Below the pieces are notes generated by a model. That model searched no databases. It was given only the letters and a program-made list of their open reading frames with translations, and was not told the DNA's origin. A stretch of 64,000 bases of DNA from Ramazzottius varieornatus (Eukaryota; Animalia; Tardigrada), in contig BDGG01000006.1 of the NCBI GenBank assembly GCA_001949185.1, positions 726,827 to 790,826 of the forward strand, written 5' to 3'. Shown one piece after another: positions 37,501 through 50,965 of the stretch (position 1 is its first letter; each line of letters begins with the position of its first letter). Position numbers and translations under genes: made by a program.

Positions 37501-40500
37501 GTTGCTGTTGTTGTTGTTGGGCAGATGGATGAGGTGGCGGGAAGCGCGTTTGCGGGTGTCCCGCGTGTCCTGGTGGCACCATGGAGCCGATGGGTCCCGG
37601 GTTCATCTGGCTGGGCATCGGTCGCCCATCTTTGCCGGGACTGAACATCATGCGCTGACCGGCATGATGCATGTTTCCGTTGTGCGCCATGGCCATGTTG
37701 GCAACGTTGGCCTGATGGTGAGAACTTGGACCTGCAAAGTACGGATACATCTTCCCTCAAACCCAAAGACCAAAGTAATGCAAGCAAAACCCAAAACAAA
37801 AACCAGAACCAGCGTTCGCGATGATCTGGAGAATATAAGCAGAAAATAGAAAAACAAGGCAAAATCGACGCAACGAAGAAAAAGCGACAAAAATTTAAAA
37901 ATTTTGTAGAATCATGCAATTAAAACCGAAATTCTGATGTGACAGCGTAGGAATGTTGTGATGCAGAACAGGAAAAGCCACAATAATCAGCTAAACTTTT
38001 GAGTAACCGAATCGGGAATATTCTGGTAGAAGCTCAGTTAAAGTCAGAAACAAACCGATCATGTCATAGCAAAATTTTCCAACGTAAATTACTGCACAAG
38101 CAATTTTCACCACGAAATCATAGAAAGACCGAAAGGCTAGTCGAGGCATTGAACCGACCAAGCATTTTTCATAACTCACGCAACGAGCTCCACCACAATC
38201 CCAAACACGAAATGAATAAGCAAATGCGTGCAAAGCCAAGCCACAGAAAAATCACCGGGATCGATAAAAGATTTCAAAAGCGGCAGCACGGTAATGTAGA
38301 GGGATACTCTGGAAAATGAGGACGGAAGATCAAAAGAAAAGCTAGCCAGCAGAGACGGAGAACGGAAGGAAGCCTGGGGGGAAAATTAAAGAGGGATAGA
38401 TGATTACGGGATGAGCGGCTGTTTATACCTGCGCCGCTATTGAAGGAGGAGGAAGCGTGGCGATTGTCCTGTTGGCCAATTAGGCCTTGCTGGGACTGAG
38501 CGGGCGACTGCTGCGCTGGTTGCTGTGGCATAAACTGCGCGCTTAAATTACCTTGGCGCTCATCTGCCACTCCACCTCCTCCCGCACTTATTTCCGGCGG
38601 CCCATTATCCGTGAAGCCCCTCGTGCCGCCCACGTAACTGGCTTGCATGACATCCCTGCAAAACACAAATCATAATCAGAGACTAGGATTACGCCATCGT
38701 CTTGTTCGCGTACCAGAGGCGGAATCTCCGTGATGAACGAAGATTTTGCTAATCCAGGCAAAAACAATATTCAGTAAGATGAAAACTGATGGCAGAAAAT
38801 TGGCAATGTTTCATGTAAAAAGAGAAATAAACCGCTTCCAACTGGAACCTTCAACACTGATCCAGAGGACAATAGACCTTTTTCTGGCGCTTTTCTGTCG
38901 CTTTTGAGAAATCGAAACCCGAATTTTAATTAATTGACAATCCCATTCCGTTTAAATTTCGTTTGAACTCGAGACTTGGGTCAGACATGGAATTTGACGA
39001 AGGATGTCTTACCCTGCACCGCGGTTCTGGATGCTCTGCTGAGGATGACGAGGCTGCAGCAAGTCGTTCTGTTGTTGATGATGCTGCTGAGCCTGTTGTT
39101 GTTGTTGCTGAGCCTGCATTTGTTGCATCTGTTGTTGCTGCTGCTGGAAGCGCATCTGTGCAGCATAAGGATCATCCCCAGGACCGCCATCCTGTCCCAT
39201 GGAAGGTCCCTGCATCATCTGACCCTGAGGTCCCCAGTACATACCTCCAGGTCCTTGGGGTCCACCCATCTCACCTAATCCATCCAAAATCCTCAGTTAC
39301 CAAAACAGGAACTCTACAGCCAAACTCGACAACACAGCTCTTCCAAGTGGCTCCACACCAACACCACTGTACTCCCGCGATACACACGCCATACTTCCCT
39401 CTGTATTAGGAAAAGTAGTACTGCAAGTAAAAAAGTACCGTAGCGTTAACTGAGCTGATTGTCTGATCAGCTTGTTCTCAGCTTGTTCTTCGATCGAAGA
39501 GAACAGTGGTGACGAAGTGGCGGAAGATTCCTCTTTAGAGTACAGCTTTTCGACTGATTATTGATTCAATAAAGTTCAAATTTTCTGCCCCCGGGAGGTG
39601 CACATTCCTGACGTACGTACGAGTATGGCGTGTGTATCGCGGGAGTACAGTACGTGCGCCACTTGGGGAACTCGACGAGATCGCTTCTATAACTGGCGCA
39701 CACCGCCAGCCAAAAACAGTGAAAACGTGCACCACTTGACAAGACAGTCTTGTCACGTTTGTTTGCCGAGCTCCCAAACACGAACAACAATATTACAATA
39801 GCCCATCACGTAATTTGATCATTTTCACTCATTCGTGTGTTTGTTATTATTTCGACTCTAATTTTTTCAAGCATTTACCTGGCCCAGGCATCATGCCTGG
39901 CTGGCCTTGTCCCGGTCGCATCTGGCCATAAGGACCTCCTTGCATCGGGCCAGGCTGTTGTTGCTGCTGCATGAAGGCAGTTTGGGCGCCAGACGGCATA
40001 CCATCGAGACCATCCATCTGGTCCTTCACTGAATTCACTGAGCCTAAAATCCACAACAGAAGCAACATTTTAATCGGATCAAGATTTTTCAATCAGCCTT
40101 CTTTTCACGGTAGAAGCCCTGACAAAACCGGAATCCCAAATCTCAGCCTTCACTGTGCCTAATCATATCCAAATTACAACCCTGGAAGAGATGACGCTTG
40201 AGAGAAATCGGGAGCTCGACTAACAAACTTGTCAGCATTGTTTTCAAAAGTGGCGCACGTTTCCTCTGTTATTGGCTGTAGCCGTGCGCCACATGGAAAA
40301 ACGATGTTGTCCAGTTTGTTTGTCCGGGTCTCAATCTATTATTCGCAAAACAGTCTACACCGTATACGTCTAAATCGTATAGTAGTGTACGTACTTCGCG
40401 GTCGTTTGTTTTTGGCTTCATTGGTGCGGTTCCTTCCGGGTGGCTTGACAGGTGGCGCCGCTTCGGCTGCTTCGATGATGGAGGATGGCTCAACTCCCCC

Positions 40501-42534
40501 TTGGTCATACCGAGCTTCGTAAGGCAAGACGAATTTGATGTACTGCTTCTTGAGCGTGTACGCTGTGTTGGGATTGGGAGAAGTGATGCCCAGTTGAGCG
40601 GCGATTTCCTTCCATCCTTTGGTCCGATGGACCTAAATGAGAAAACCAGTGGACTTGTCTCCAACAATATCGTGCTCAAGAATGGAAAATGGGAGCTCGG
40701 CAAAAGACACCCGACAAAATTTTTCTTCTGACTGGCGCGTTCTCGGTACTTTTGACTGAAAGCGTGCGTCACTTAGGAAACGATCTTCTGGGTGGCGCAC
40801 ATACTCGGTGTCACTTGCTGGGAATGTGCACCAGTTGCGAAAGCAATTTTGCTCAAGTGGCGCACTCTTTCGGTGTTACGGCTGACAACGTGCGCCGCTT
40901 GATAAAGCATTCTTGTAAAGTTTGTTTGACTAGGTCGGGAAGATATTACGGTACCTCAATATAGCCTCCGCGGTTCTTGACGTTATGGTACAGCTTGTAC
41001 AGATCCAGGGTAGTCTTGCTAATAACTGGGACATTTAGCATGGGCGTCTTGATCTCCTCGCAATTTTGTATCAACTGATCCAAAAACAACTTCCGGTCCG
41101 GCTCGGAGCCCATTTCGTACAGCTGACCCAACTTCTCCGCTGCCGATTTCTACAGGAAACATGAAGAGCTTATTGATTAAAGTAACATTGTCGCAGGCCA
41201 CTTTGGGGCTTACGCTGCCGCTTCCGTGCGAGCTGGTTTCCGGTTTGGTCCAAGCATGTCCATCCGAGCTATCTTCGCCTTCGCCCGGCGCCGGACTGGG
41301 TGGGACCTTTGCTTTGGACTTGCTCTTCTTTGGTTTAGTGGGAGATGGTGTGGAAGGTAGCGACTCAGCCGGGAAAGCGAACTCTCGAGACTGCTGTCCA
41401 GCCACAAAGAGGTTCTGGCTGCTGGAAGACGAGTGCTGCGAATGCGACGGGGAAGACAGGTGCGAGTGTGGATCGGCTAACATCTGGGTAGGCATATCCG
41501 TACCTGAAAAACACAACACTTCACTCACTGAGTCAGATAATCGCAATACCGAAGGATCAAAACTAATTCGAACATAAAACAGCGACTTTAGAATGGTGTA
41601 CCTTGGGAAGCCTGCTGTAATGACCATGGCGGACCCATTCCTTCCGGCCAGTTTCCTCCCGCTGCGTTCGATCCAAAACCATGCTGACCAGCCTGTTGTG
41701 GGGAAGGAAAAGTGGAAGACGGTGGGAAGGCGGCAGAAGAGTCCTACAAACACAATAATTACACAAATGCAACTGACAACCGGCGCATAAAGCAGACTAC
41801 GGAGGTCGAGGTTTAGGTCTTGATATATGGAGGGTCTAGGACACGGATTTCACAACTCATCAGGGGTTCAAGCACGGACGGGTTGACACATTGAGGGTCT
41901 TGGCACTAACCTCGATGGACGGACTGCTTTCCACTTTGGGCTTCTTCGATCTGTTCCGTTTCCTCGGAGTAGTTACAGGCGTTTCCGCTAAAGGCATATC
42001 CGGCATATTCTGTGGCGCACTCATACTGGAAGACGGTGAAGGAGAAGCTGGGGCTGTTTCAGCGGGGCTTTCTTTCTTCTTGCGACTCTTCTTAGGCTTG
42101 GGTTTCGGTTCGGGCGTGGAGGGGGGTGGAATATCTTGTGGAGGCATAGACGGCATACCTGGTACCTTCATGGCTTGATTGCTTTGTGGAAGTCCGGCTG
42201 GAAGCTGCATTGGGTTAGTAGGTGCGTAAGAAGACATGTTCGGGTTGAAGCCAGCGTAGTTCTGCATCCACGGGTCCATATGCTGTGACTGCATGTCCAT
42301 CATGTTCTGTCCAGGTGGCTGTTGTTGCTGCTGTTGCATCGCTTGCATAGGCATTCCGTCGGGTCGAGTAGGCATGCCTGGGTTGAACATTCCAGCCATG
42401 GGACCAGGCATGCCATACTGATAGTATTGTCCAGGCGGAGGTCCGTAGGAAGACGGTGTGGAGAGGAGATGGTTGAGGGTGGACTGAGGGGGCCGAGAAC
42501 TGCTGGGGTATCCTCCGCTTTGATCGCCGTCCAT
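34594..42534 (-). CDS. osa: Osa/ARID1 (BAF250) SWI/SNF subunit, multi-exon
   Basis: P/Q/M-rich N-terminus. ARID domain LYEMGSEPDRKLFLDQL...LDLYKLYHNVKNRGG...SAYTLKKQYIKFVLPYE. BAF250 C-terminal motifs LFMRLKSGLLAESGWAIEMLNI, LRNLAAIPGNE-type VRNLAAIPGNE, RENLMVTLANIAGHLDL and LALEALSKMTVHDANMDLLIATP. Confidence 0.92.
39365..39652. mobile_element. Intronic MITE in osa
   Basis: ACTGTACTCCCGCGATACACACGCCATACT is mirrored by AGTATGGCGTGTGTATCGCGGGAGTACAGT-A. Confidence 0.75.
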
Positions 42535-43015
42535 TCTTCACACCTGAGCTCCTGAATTTCAACAGCCAATCTAAGTGTCCAAGCGGTCCATAATCCTGGG
42601 ATTCGAATGCATACGAAGAAGCTATCAGAGTGACAGAAAATCCAGAGATTCAGAATGGATTTCAACGGAGACGAAGAAACTGAGGACCATGAAGAAACGA
42701 TAGCACTGTTTGCCCTACGGCTCACCAAAGCCTAAGCGATAACCTATGAACAGCAAACCGTACCGAAAAAACTGTAATGTCAGTTAGTCGCATGTACCCT
42801 GTGAGTCACCAGATAGTGGTCAACCTACGGTATTCGGCTGCCGTGCGGTGCACGCCGCTCGCTCTGACCTGTGTATGGTTTGTTGTGGATTTTGATTTTT
42901 AATGTTCGTGTTTCCTCCGATTTCCGGTTGGAGTGGCTTCCACGTTGCTCTGCCCGCCCGTGGAAGCACACGTGCTGCGAGTTTGACTTCCCCGGAATAC
43001 CCTACTGTGTAAAGA

Positions 43016-44670
43016 ATGCCTGCTCGCCGGAGGAACAGAAAGACGCAAGGAAGCCTGGCCGTCCAGAAGGAAATCGAGGTAAGTGCAGCAAAGTGCAATT
43101 AACCACTGCTGTCAGGGAAGCTTGCCCGATTCAGCCTGCTTATTCTTGTTGCAGAAACTGCAGGATGGAGTGTGGATGTGGGCCAACACTATCGAGGCGA
43201 GTTTCGCGACGTTGCCTGCGGAACTGATGAAGCTGCCAATCGCTGAATCCTACGATCATCTGGTGGCTACCATCAACGAACTCATCGAAGCAGCTCTGTG
43301 CAATCCACAGCATCATGCCAAATATGTTAAACTGTTGCTTGCTCTGAGCACCAAAGTCAAACCCAAAAACCAGAACATCACTTTTCACAGCCTATTGGTC
43401 CAGCAAGTGCAAGAGTACCTCGACTACGTGAAAGCTGAATGCGAATCCGCCTACGAGCAGCGGGGCGACGATAAAGGTCCCGTCACCCCACTGGACGAAG
43501 ATGCCTACTCCAAGAAGGAACGTTTCTTGGCCTTCACACAGTAAGAAACTGGAAAATGTCCCCATCTGTTTTGACTTTGAAACTGAATGGCGTTCCTGGT
43601 TTACAGATTGGTGGTGAACTTGTACGACTTCAACATAGTGTCGTATTCGTTCATGACAAAGTCCTGTAAGGAGCTACTTCCGGAGGCCAATAATGTTCGT
43701 CTGGTTGATCAGGTCAAGCTGGAATGCCTGTGCATGCTGTTGACGTCGTATACTGACGGCAATAAGAAGTCGCTAACACATATTAATGTAAGAGTAATTC
43801 ATGGTGAATCGTTGCTACGTTTTCCTTAGCTTTGGTCGGTGCCGACGGTATATTTATAATTTATCGCGTGTTTCATTGCAGGCTGTGGGGCCCTACATTA
43901 CACAACTTCGAAAGTTCTGCGAGAAGAAAGTTACCTCCGCCAGAGTGCGCACGACAATGTGGAATACCGTGGCAAAGTACGATCAGGTGATGTCCACATT
44001 GCACAGTGCTGCTGCTGCTGCGGAGAAAAAGAAGCAAGCAGTCCCGAAGCCTCAGAAGGCTCAACCGGCTAACCAGCCTTCCGTCCTACCTGTACAAAGT
44101 CATTCAGACCCACTGACAGTCAGGGCTATCACGATTGATTTTACTCGAGGCGCCAGAATACGTGAGGAACCCACCGGCTTGAGATCGTCTTCGTCGTGTG
44201 GCTCTTTCCACAGCGCAACTGACAGCTTGCACAGTCAAGACAGTACTTTAAAAAGCTGGGCTCTTCCCATACTTCCCTCTACTTCCAAGCAGCCCCACAC
44301 CGCAACATACGATCAGCTGGTGGAGATGTACGTGATGTGTCTGCAAAACCACCAGCTTCTGGAAGGGTTGAGTGGAAAGACATTGGCGAAGAACTGTGGT
44401 CTGACTCAGCCGGACTTCCGTCATCTGCAGTGGATGAAGAAGGAGGGCAGCTCGGACTTGGCGGGTAAAGCCAACAACATTCACCTTTCGGTCGCAAAGT
44501 TCCTGGATGAGGCTGAACGGTCGTTGCAGCAGCATATGCGAGCGTACTATGAAACCGTGGAGAAGGCCGCCGAGGAAAAGATCAACGAGTTGGTGGAAAG
44601 TCTGCCGGCAAACAGTCGAGCCGACATCAACAAAAGAGCGTACGAGGCCTCGTTGTTCAAGTCGCACTGA
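43016..44670 (+). CDS. Divergent MIF4G-domain protein, array copy 1 (exons 43016-43078, 43155-43540, 43607-43787, 43882-44670); appears intact
   Basis: Spliced product follows the eIF4G middle-domain pattern: LVATINELIEAALCNPQHHAKYVKLL, TFHSLLVQQVQEYL, KLECLCMLLT and YITQLRKFCEKKVTSARVR. Then an S/P-rich linker and the family C-terminal domain. Confidence 0.8.
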
Positions 44671-45326
44671 TAGTCGACGACGGATCTGCAATGTCACGAT
44701 CTTAAGCGGCCCTCGGAGATTTTTTTCCTTGACGCGCGTGATTTTTTATCTATTTCATTCCAAACTTATTTTTTTCGCATATGAATCACAGCACAATTTT
44801 GCTCGAAGCCCGAGAAATGCTCGGCCTCGAAGCCAGAGAGCTCGATCTTTTCTGACAGTTTATCCAAGTCCAAGATTATTCAGGGAGCAGTAGAACTGTA
44901 GAAAACTAGAAGTTGCCAAGAATAGGGTCCTGGAAGAGAAGATGAGGGACTTCATGCGGGAGGGACCACCCGTTGTATGGCACGCTGACCGGTGAATTAC
45001 TGGATTGTTGTACTCTAAACTTGATTTTGCCCATTTCTGGATCCGGATCGGACGCTAAGAGTTTTCGGCGTTCGGGAGATGGATTTCGGATAGCTTTCTG
45101 TAACGTGACCTTTCGAGGTTGCAGATTGACGGCTTGGGTGATACGACTGGAAGTTCGTTTACTTTTTCACCCTGCTCTACTTGAAACTTGGAGATTGCAC
45201 GCACGAGTAGCTGTTGGCTGAAATACCAAATCCTGATGGTGAGCGCCGTTTTTTCCAGTCCGGCGCGTTGAGTTGTAACATATTTTTGTGTTATTGTATA
45301 GTATCGAAGGGTCGAACTGTTTGAAG

Positions 45327-46992
45327 ATGTTGTCTCGTCGGAAACTCACACACTCCAGTGCGGAGCTGCAGAGAGAAATCGAGGCAAGAATTTGGTAGTC
45401 CAAGTCCTCTTTATCAGCGCACGACGTCATATAGTTTCAGCGCGAGTTTCGGTGTTCTGGTGTTAAGAGCTCTCCGTTGTCTTTCGAAGCTCCAAAGCCA
45501 AGTGCAGTCATGGATCAGCGCAATCGGCGGCGTCGATTTCCATCAACTTCCGGTGGAACTGATAAAGCTGCTTATCGCAAAATCCCACGATTTTTTTGGT
45601 GGCTACCATCAGCGAGATCATCGAAGCCGTTTTGATTGATCCAATGCGCGATACGCTCTACGTTAGGCTTTGTAAGGCTCTGGGTTCTAGAGCAAGGATC
45701 CGGGACCAGGACCAGACTTTCCACAGTATTCTGGTTCAGCAGATGCAAGAATACTTCGATTTTCTAAAAGCTGATTGCATGCATGTATTTGAGCAAAGGG
45801 GAAATATCAGCGGTGCGGTCAGTCCGCTGGAAGAGAATGTAATCTCAAAGAAGAAACGCTTCCTGGCGATCACCCAGTAAGAATCTATCCGCAAATAGTT
45901 TCTGATAGTTTCTAGTTTCTGATTCGACCATTGTCAACCATCCTCAATATTTAAGGCCGAAGATCTTCCAGATTCGCGGTGGCACTTTATGGTGATAACG
46001 TGTTGTCGTACTTGTTCGTGTTAACAAGCTGCAAGGGATTGTTTCCTGAAACGAATAATGTCGCGCAGTTCGACCAAGTCAAGCTGGAATGTCTGGGCAA
46101 GCTCTCGATGGCGTTCGTTGAAAAGAACTTCAAAGTCCCAGCGCGTCTTACTGTAAGTCGGTTTTTTTCCAGATCTGTCACTGATTCGACGCTGCTGTAT
46201 TCTGATACTAGCCGAAATTACTCCGTTCGCAGGCTCTGGAACCCTACTTCGACTGGCTGCGCAAACTGTACGAGGCAAGAGCCACGTCGGCAAAAGTGAG
46301 GGCTGTGATATTCCAAGCAGTCACACTCTATGACAGAGTGCTCGTTTCTGCGGAAAGCGCTACAGGACCGACCCCGATGATCTAGAAACAAGTGGCGGGG
46401 AAGCCGGCGCAAGGAAACCAAAAAGCTGCTGTACCTGTAACTGCACTCCCATCTTCTCTAAGCGCGGTTACACGTGGGTCACCGACGACGAGGACCAACA
46501 CGAACACCAACGAAGGGTGCCCTAGCCTCCGTCCATCTGATTCGTCCGACTTCATCCAGACGAGCAAGATTGGCCAAGAAGGTAACGCGAATACTCGGCT
46601 CTTCCGATGCTATCTTCCACTTCGAAGGACCCTTTCACCGGTACCTCGACAAGCTGGTTAACATGTGCGAAATGCGCCAGCGTAACTATCAGCGACTACA
46701 GGCGCTCAATGAAAAGATTTTGGTGGAAGACTGTGGTCTGATTGGGCCGGACTTCGGTTACCTGCAATGGATGAAAAGAAACACCAGTTCGGCTTTGGCT
46801 GAACAGGCTGGTGGCATCTCCACCGCTGTCGATAAGTTTTTGAAGGGAGCCGAAGGTTCTGTGCAGCAGCATATGCAGGCGTACTACGGGACAGTGGAGA
46901 AGGCTACTGAGGAAACTATCAACGAGCTGGTCGAAAGCATTCCTGTTAATGGTCGGACGGATGTTAACCAAAAAGCCTACAATGCGTGCTGA
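45327..46992 (+). pseudogene. MIF4G-family copy 2, disrupted
   Basis: Same exon layout as copy 1. GC instead of GT at the first donor (45384), +1 frameshift in a T7 run (45591-45597), in-frame TAG at 46383-46385, and a further frameshift near 46600. Confidence 0.8.
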
Positions 46993-47378
46993 CTCGATCT
47001 CAGCAGCGACAAGAGCTGGCTAAGAAACTGGTCACGATCCGGGTCGACGTGAAAAAGTTGCGCGGGCGGTGCACGTGTGTTGAAAAATCAGATGTGAAAA
47101 TTCGGACTGAATCAGTTGGGTTAGTGTGAATGAATTCAGTACGCTCCATTTACGTTTATTAAACGGGATCGGACCATGGCCAGTATATGGACCAACTTTC
47201 TTTCGTAGTTTACACATTCATGTACTTTTGCTATGGTTTGCTCATGGTCTGCCATAGTTCCGCCATGGTTCTGGCAAGTTGTGCCATACTTGAACTGCTC
47301 ACGGGTTAGGGTCACCTGTTGTTGCGGCCAAAGCGTAGTTTAGTCATAGTTTCCTGCTCAATAAACGTACATGGAGCG

Positions 47379-47989
47379 TACGAGGAGAAAGGTCTTACTT
47401 TGCTCAGCGTCAGGGATGAGCAGTTTTGGAGCGGCGTAGCGTTTTTGGACCAGTTTTCCGCTTCGCTACGCTATATAGCGAAACTATTGCGGAACGGTGC
47501 ACACCCAGAACTATCCAGAGCGAAGCGAGTTATAGCGGAAACAGCAGAATTTGCGCCAAAACCGGTGAATAACTAGGTCCTCATTGGATATTCATCAAGT
47601 AAAATTCGAGCTTAGCAGACTTTTAAACATGTTTGATCTTGTTTCGAGCTTGAAATCAACAAGCCCTTACTGTGCTAATCAGTTTCTGTTATGAAAACCG
47701 GCTGAAAATCGATGCTTTTTCTTGCACACAAGGAAATTTTCTGTAGCGGTAGCAAGGCGGATAGCGGACTTTTGTATCTCATAGCGAGTCATAGCGAAGC
47801 GCTCCAGCGTCCTCAAAGCGGTAGCGAAGCGGACAGAACCAAACCGCATAACTGCTCATCCCTGCTCAGCGTACAACTTTGCTCACCATACGTCACGAGC
47901 TATGCGCATGCTTCTTAGGCTTTGTGACGTAGCCGTGACGTAGGTTAGCAAAGTTGTACGCTGAGCAAAGTAAGACCTCGCTCCTCGTA
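47379..47989. mobile_element. TA-flanked mariner-type MITE carrying a nested hAT MITE
   Basis: TA-CGAGGAG..AGGTCTTACTTTGCTCAGCGT[insert]ACAACTTTGCT...AGCAAAGTTGTACGCTGAGCAAAGTAAGACCT..CTCCTCG-TA. Confidence 0.85.
47411..47864. mobile_element. hAT-type MITE with Ac-like TIR
   Basis: TIR CAGGGATGAGCAGTT / AACTGCTCATCCCTG. Perfect 8-bp TSD CTCAGCGT (47403-47410, 47865-47872). TAGCG subterminal repeats. Confidence 0.92.
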
Positions 47990-48224
47990 CTTACTTCGTC
48001 CTCACTAAATCGATCGGAAATTCGGAACTGTTCGAACTAGAGTAGAGAAAAGTGTGGCTAATTTCAGTTTGGCGTTTTCAGTTTAGTTAATCCTCGCACC
48101 GAACCCAAAAGTTCGCTGCACTGGTGGAGTCATCGTCGGATCAGTACGATACTTCACTATCTTCATCGTGTCTAGCCTGACGGTTGGGTTCGCGACACAA
48201 TGCATGATTTGTCGCACCGAAAAG

Positions 48225-48373
48225 TACTGTAAATATTAGCTGCGTCCGCGCAGCACGTTATCGTACAAGTGAAGTACAGCACCGGTCCGGTTTCACGGAT
48301 TGCGCAACCCCCTACGGGGGTGCATCGTCGCGTACGTGTACGTACTGCGCGGATGCAGCGAATATTTACAGTA
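48225..48373. mobile_element. Short TA-flanked palindromic MITE
   Basis: TACTGTAAATATTAGCTGCGTCCGCGCAG / CTGCGCGGATGCAGCGAATATTTACAGTA. Confidence 0.75.
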
Positions 48374-49372
48374 GTTCGATTTATTTGTTTTCTCGCTAGC
48401 TCCGCTAGATCTGCTGACTCTTATATTCTAAGTTTGAATTCTGACCAGGAACAGTCACGTAAAGCTGACCTGTACCCCTCCGGCATCATGTCAAATTTGG
48501 CAGCCCGAGCAGCCATAATCTGCGCAAGCAAACAAGTTGTACTGGAATATAATTAAGGCTTTTGCCATCTGCTCCCTGCATTCTTGGAGAAGAAAAAGGC
48601 TACACTGCTCATCTTGAAGTAAGTACCCCAAACCTGTTCCTATGCAAGTAATTTACCATGTAGCACGGCGAGGTGAGAAAGATTAACACATGATATCCTT
48701 CGATACTTCCGAAACCAGATTCTAATGACATTAAGTGATTTTTGATGCAAAACAGTTCGCTCGAGAATGGTGCGGCGATAGCTATAAAATTCGAATGGCT
48801 GTTGGAATCGGATTGTGGAGCAACTTGTATGATGTCAGGACATTCTAATCTGCTCCAAGGCTTTCGTCTACCACATTATGCTGCGGACTCTCTTTTCACA
48901 AACACTTCTCTGACTTTCTTGTAACCGTTATTCCTGAATTGTCAGACCATCGAGTGTCGCGATTAGACTTTTGAAAATCGCTCGTGTATACTCGTACTCC
49001 TGCACCATTACCGGCACCGATATTGGAGGCGGCAAGAACGGTTCGAAAGTACCATCATCAGCTAAACCCGGGCGGCGTATGATGTAAAATTTGATAGTAG
49101 GTCGGGCTGCATACATGCTGTGGTCGTTGCGTTGCAGTTGTAACTCCCATCCAACCACAACGTACCAGATGACATCCCCGGCGCGTGAAATAGCGTACAA
49201 CTTACCTGAAAATATGTCAGATCGTGTTCGACCGCACGGAGCAGCACGATCCTGCGCTGTATCTCCTGAAACAATTGAAACAATTACATGCTTACAACAT
49301 AATGATTTTTCTCACTATTACGAAGACTCAAGTATCAAGACAAGATCAAAGGCGGAATGGACCCCCCCCCCC

Positions 49373-50465
49373 CAGTGGCGGCTGCGCTATCAGACTTCGC
49401 CGTCTAACCTTAGCCCTAATGTTTTTTGACGTCACAAAGGAAACTTTTGGGGGAACCGGAAGGGCAGTTCACACCCGGATGCGGAGAAACAGCAAAAAAG
49501 TGTACACATGTGACAAATCATGAACAAATGGTGGAACAATACAGGAGAAAGAACCTAATCTATAGTGAAAGTCCTAGAGTACCCGAAACGATAGATCATG
49601 TGAAAGTTCGAAGTCTTGACTAATTAGAATGTATTTTGAACAATTATGTACGTTCATGAGAACTAGTAGGAATTATTATGTATGATAATGCATGATAAGC
49701 AATGATAATTTATGTTGGTGAAAATCATCTTAATTTATGCTCATGGGTTAACGCCAGCAACCATTAATTGTACTCACGTGTAGAAACTACAATGAGGTAG
49801 ATCGTGACGCATAAATTTTTAAGTGAAGTTTTAGCATTAACAGTAAAAACTTTAGCTGTTGACAAACTGAGTAATATGTTCAGACATAGTCGGTAGGATT
49901 TTGCATCAAGATCACCGATAAAAAACAATTTAGTTTAAGCATAGTGATAGCGAAGGTATTCGTTTCATGCGAGACCAAAACTACATCCTAATCTCAAGGC
50001 AAGTTAAGGACGTAACAGAACCATTGCCAGAAGACAAAAGCAGTATGAGCGAACTACAGATATGAGCGGCCACTCTGGTTCACTGGAGCTTACAAGACTT
50101 CCATCAATAAGCAAGTCATGCCATGCTGAATGCTCCACTCCTTCCGACCTCCATTCTAACTCCTGCTACATTTACAATTTTATCACTTAACAATATCGAC
50201 TGAACTTTCCGTGCGCAATGGGACTGTTTAGCCCTATCCCACTCGCTTATAGTCGTACTTGCATACAAAATCAGTTTTTCCCGTGTTTGGGAAATTTACT
50301 TTCGCACTTCTAACTTTTCTGTGCTTCCTCCTCATTTTTTATTTTTTTGATTGTTCTGTGAAAACAGCAACTGCCCTTCCGGTTCCCACAAATTTTTCCT
50401 TTGTGACGTCAAAAAACATTAGGGCCAAGGTCACACGGCAAAGTCTGATGGCGCAGCCGCCACTG
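49373..50465. mobile_element. hAT-type non-autonomous element with ~95-bp TIRs
   Basis: CAGTGGCGGCTGCGCTATCAGACTT...GCCCTAATGTTTTTTGACGTCACAAAGGAAA...GAACCGGAAGGGCAGTT is mirrored at 50369-50465. Both flanks carry GACCCCC (left one extended by poly-C). AT-rich non-coding interior. Confidence 0.85.
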
Positions 50466-50621
50466 GACCCCCTGTCAAAGGGAAGCAATGAATGCGGCTT
50501 TGATCCATTCGGTTTGCCGAATCTTACGTAATACTTGTGTCTTTACTAATCGGCTATCCTTTCACCGGTTACCGATATATCGAACCTTATGCTCGTCAGC
50601 AGATAATAAGCCAATTAGCAG

Positions 50622-50965
50622 CACGAGGTACAGGACATAATTCAGGCATAGCGATTTTCGCATCATAATTCGGGCAATGCGAAAAGTTCAAGCACTATTA
50701 CCAACGCTTGATCGAGTTCTCATCGTACACCTGTTGATACCACTTCATGCTTTCCAACATTGGACGGACCCGATTCTCTCCCACGACAGATTCCTCTGAA
50801 CTAAAACATGTTGTCATTCCCAAACCTATCTAGACCTTGAGAAGAGAGACTAATCTACCTAAGGAAACAAGAAGCACTTTATCGGGTGCAACAGGAGCAG
50901 AGAAAAATTATGCCCGAATTATGATGCAAAAATCGGTATGCCCGAATTATGTCCTCTACCTCGTA
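50622..50965. mobile_element. Mariner-type MITE
   Basis: CGAGGTACAGGACATAATTCAGGCATAGCGATTTTCGCATCATAATTCGGGCA is mirrored by TGCCCGAATTATGATGCAAAAATCGGTATGCCCGAATTATGTCCTCTACCTCG-TA. Confidence 0.8.

Noticed and set aside
37485-39145. CAG/CAA trinucleotide runs
   Set aside because: These are ordinary polyglutamine tracts within osa/ARID1 exons.
44480-44670. Similarity of the MIF4G-family C-terminal helix to tardigrade CAHS proteins
   Set aside because: Only general amphipathic, E/K-rich character is shared; I see no CAHS motif match.
45591-45597. Programmed frameshift or sequencing error at the T7 run in MIF4G copy 2
   Set aside because: An independent stop and a second frameshift further downstream indicate a pseudogene regardless.
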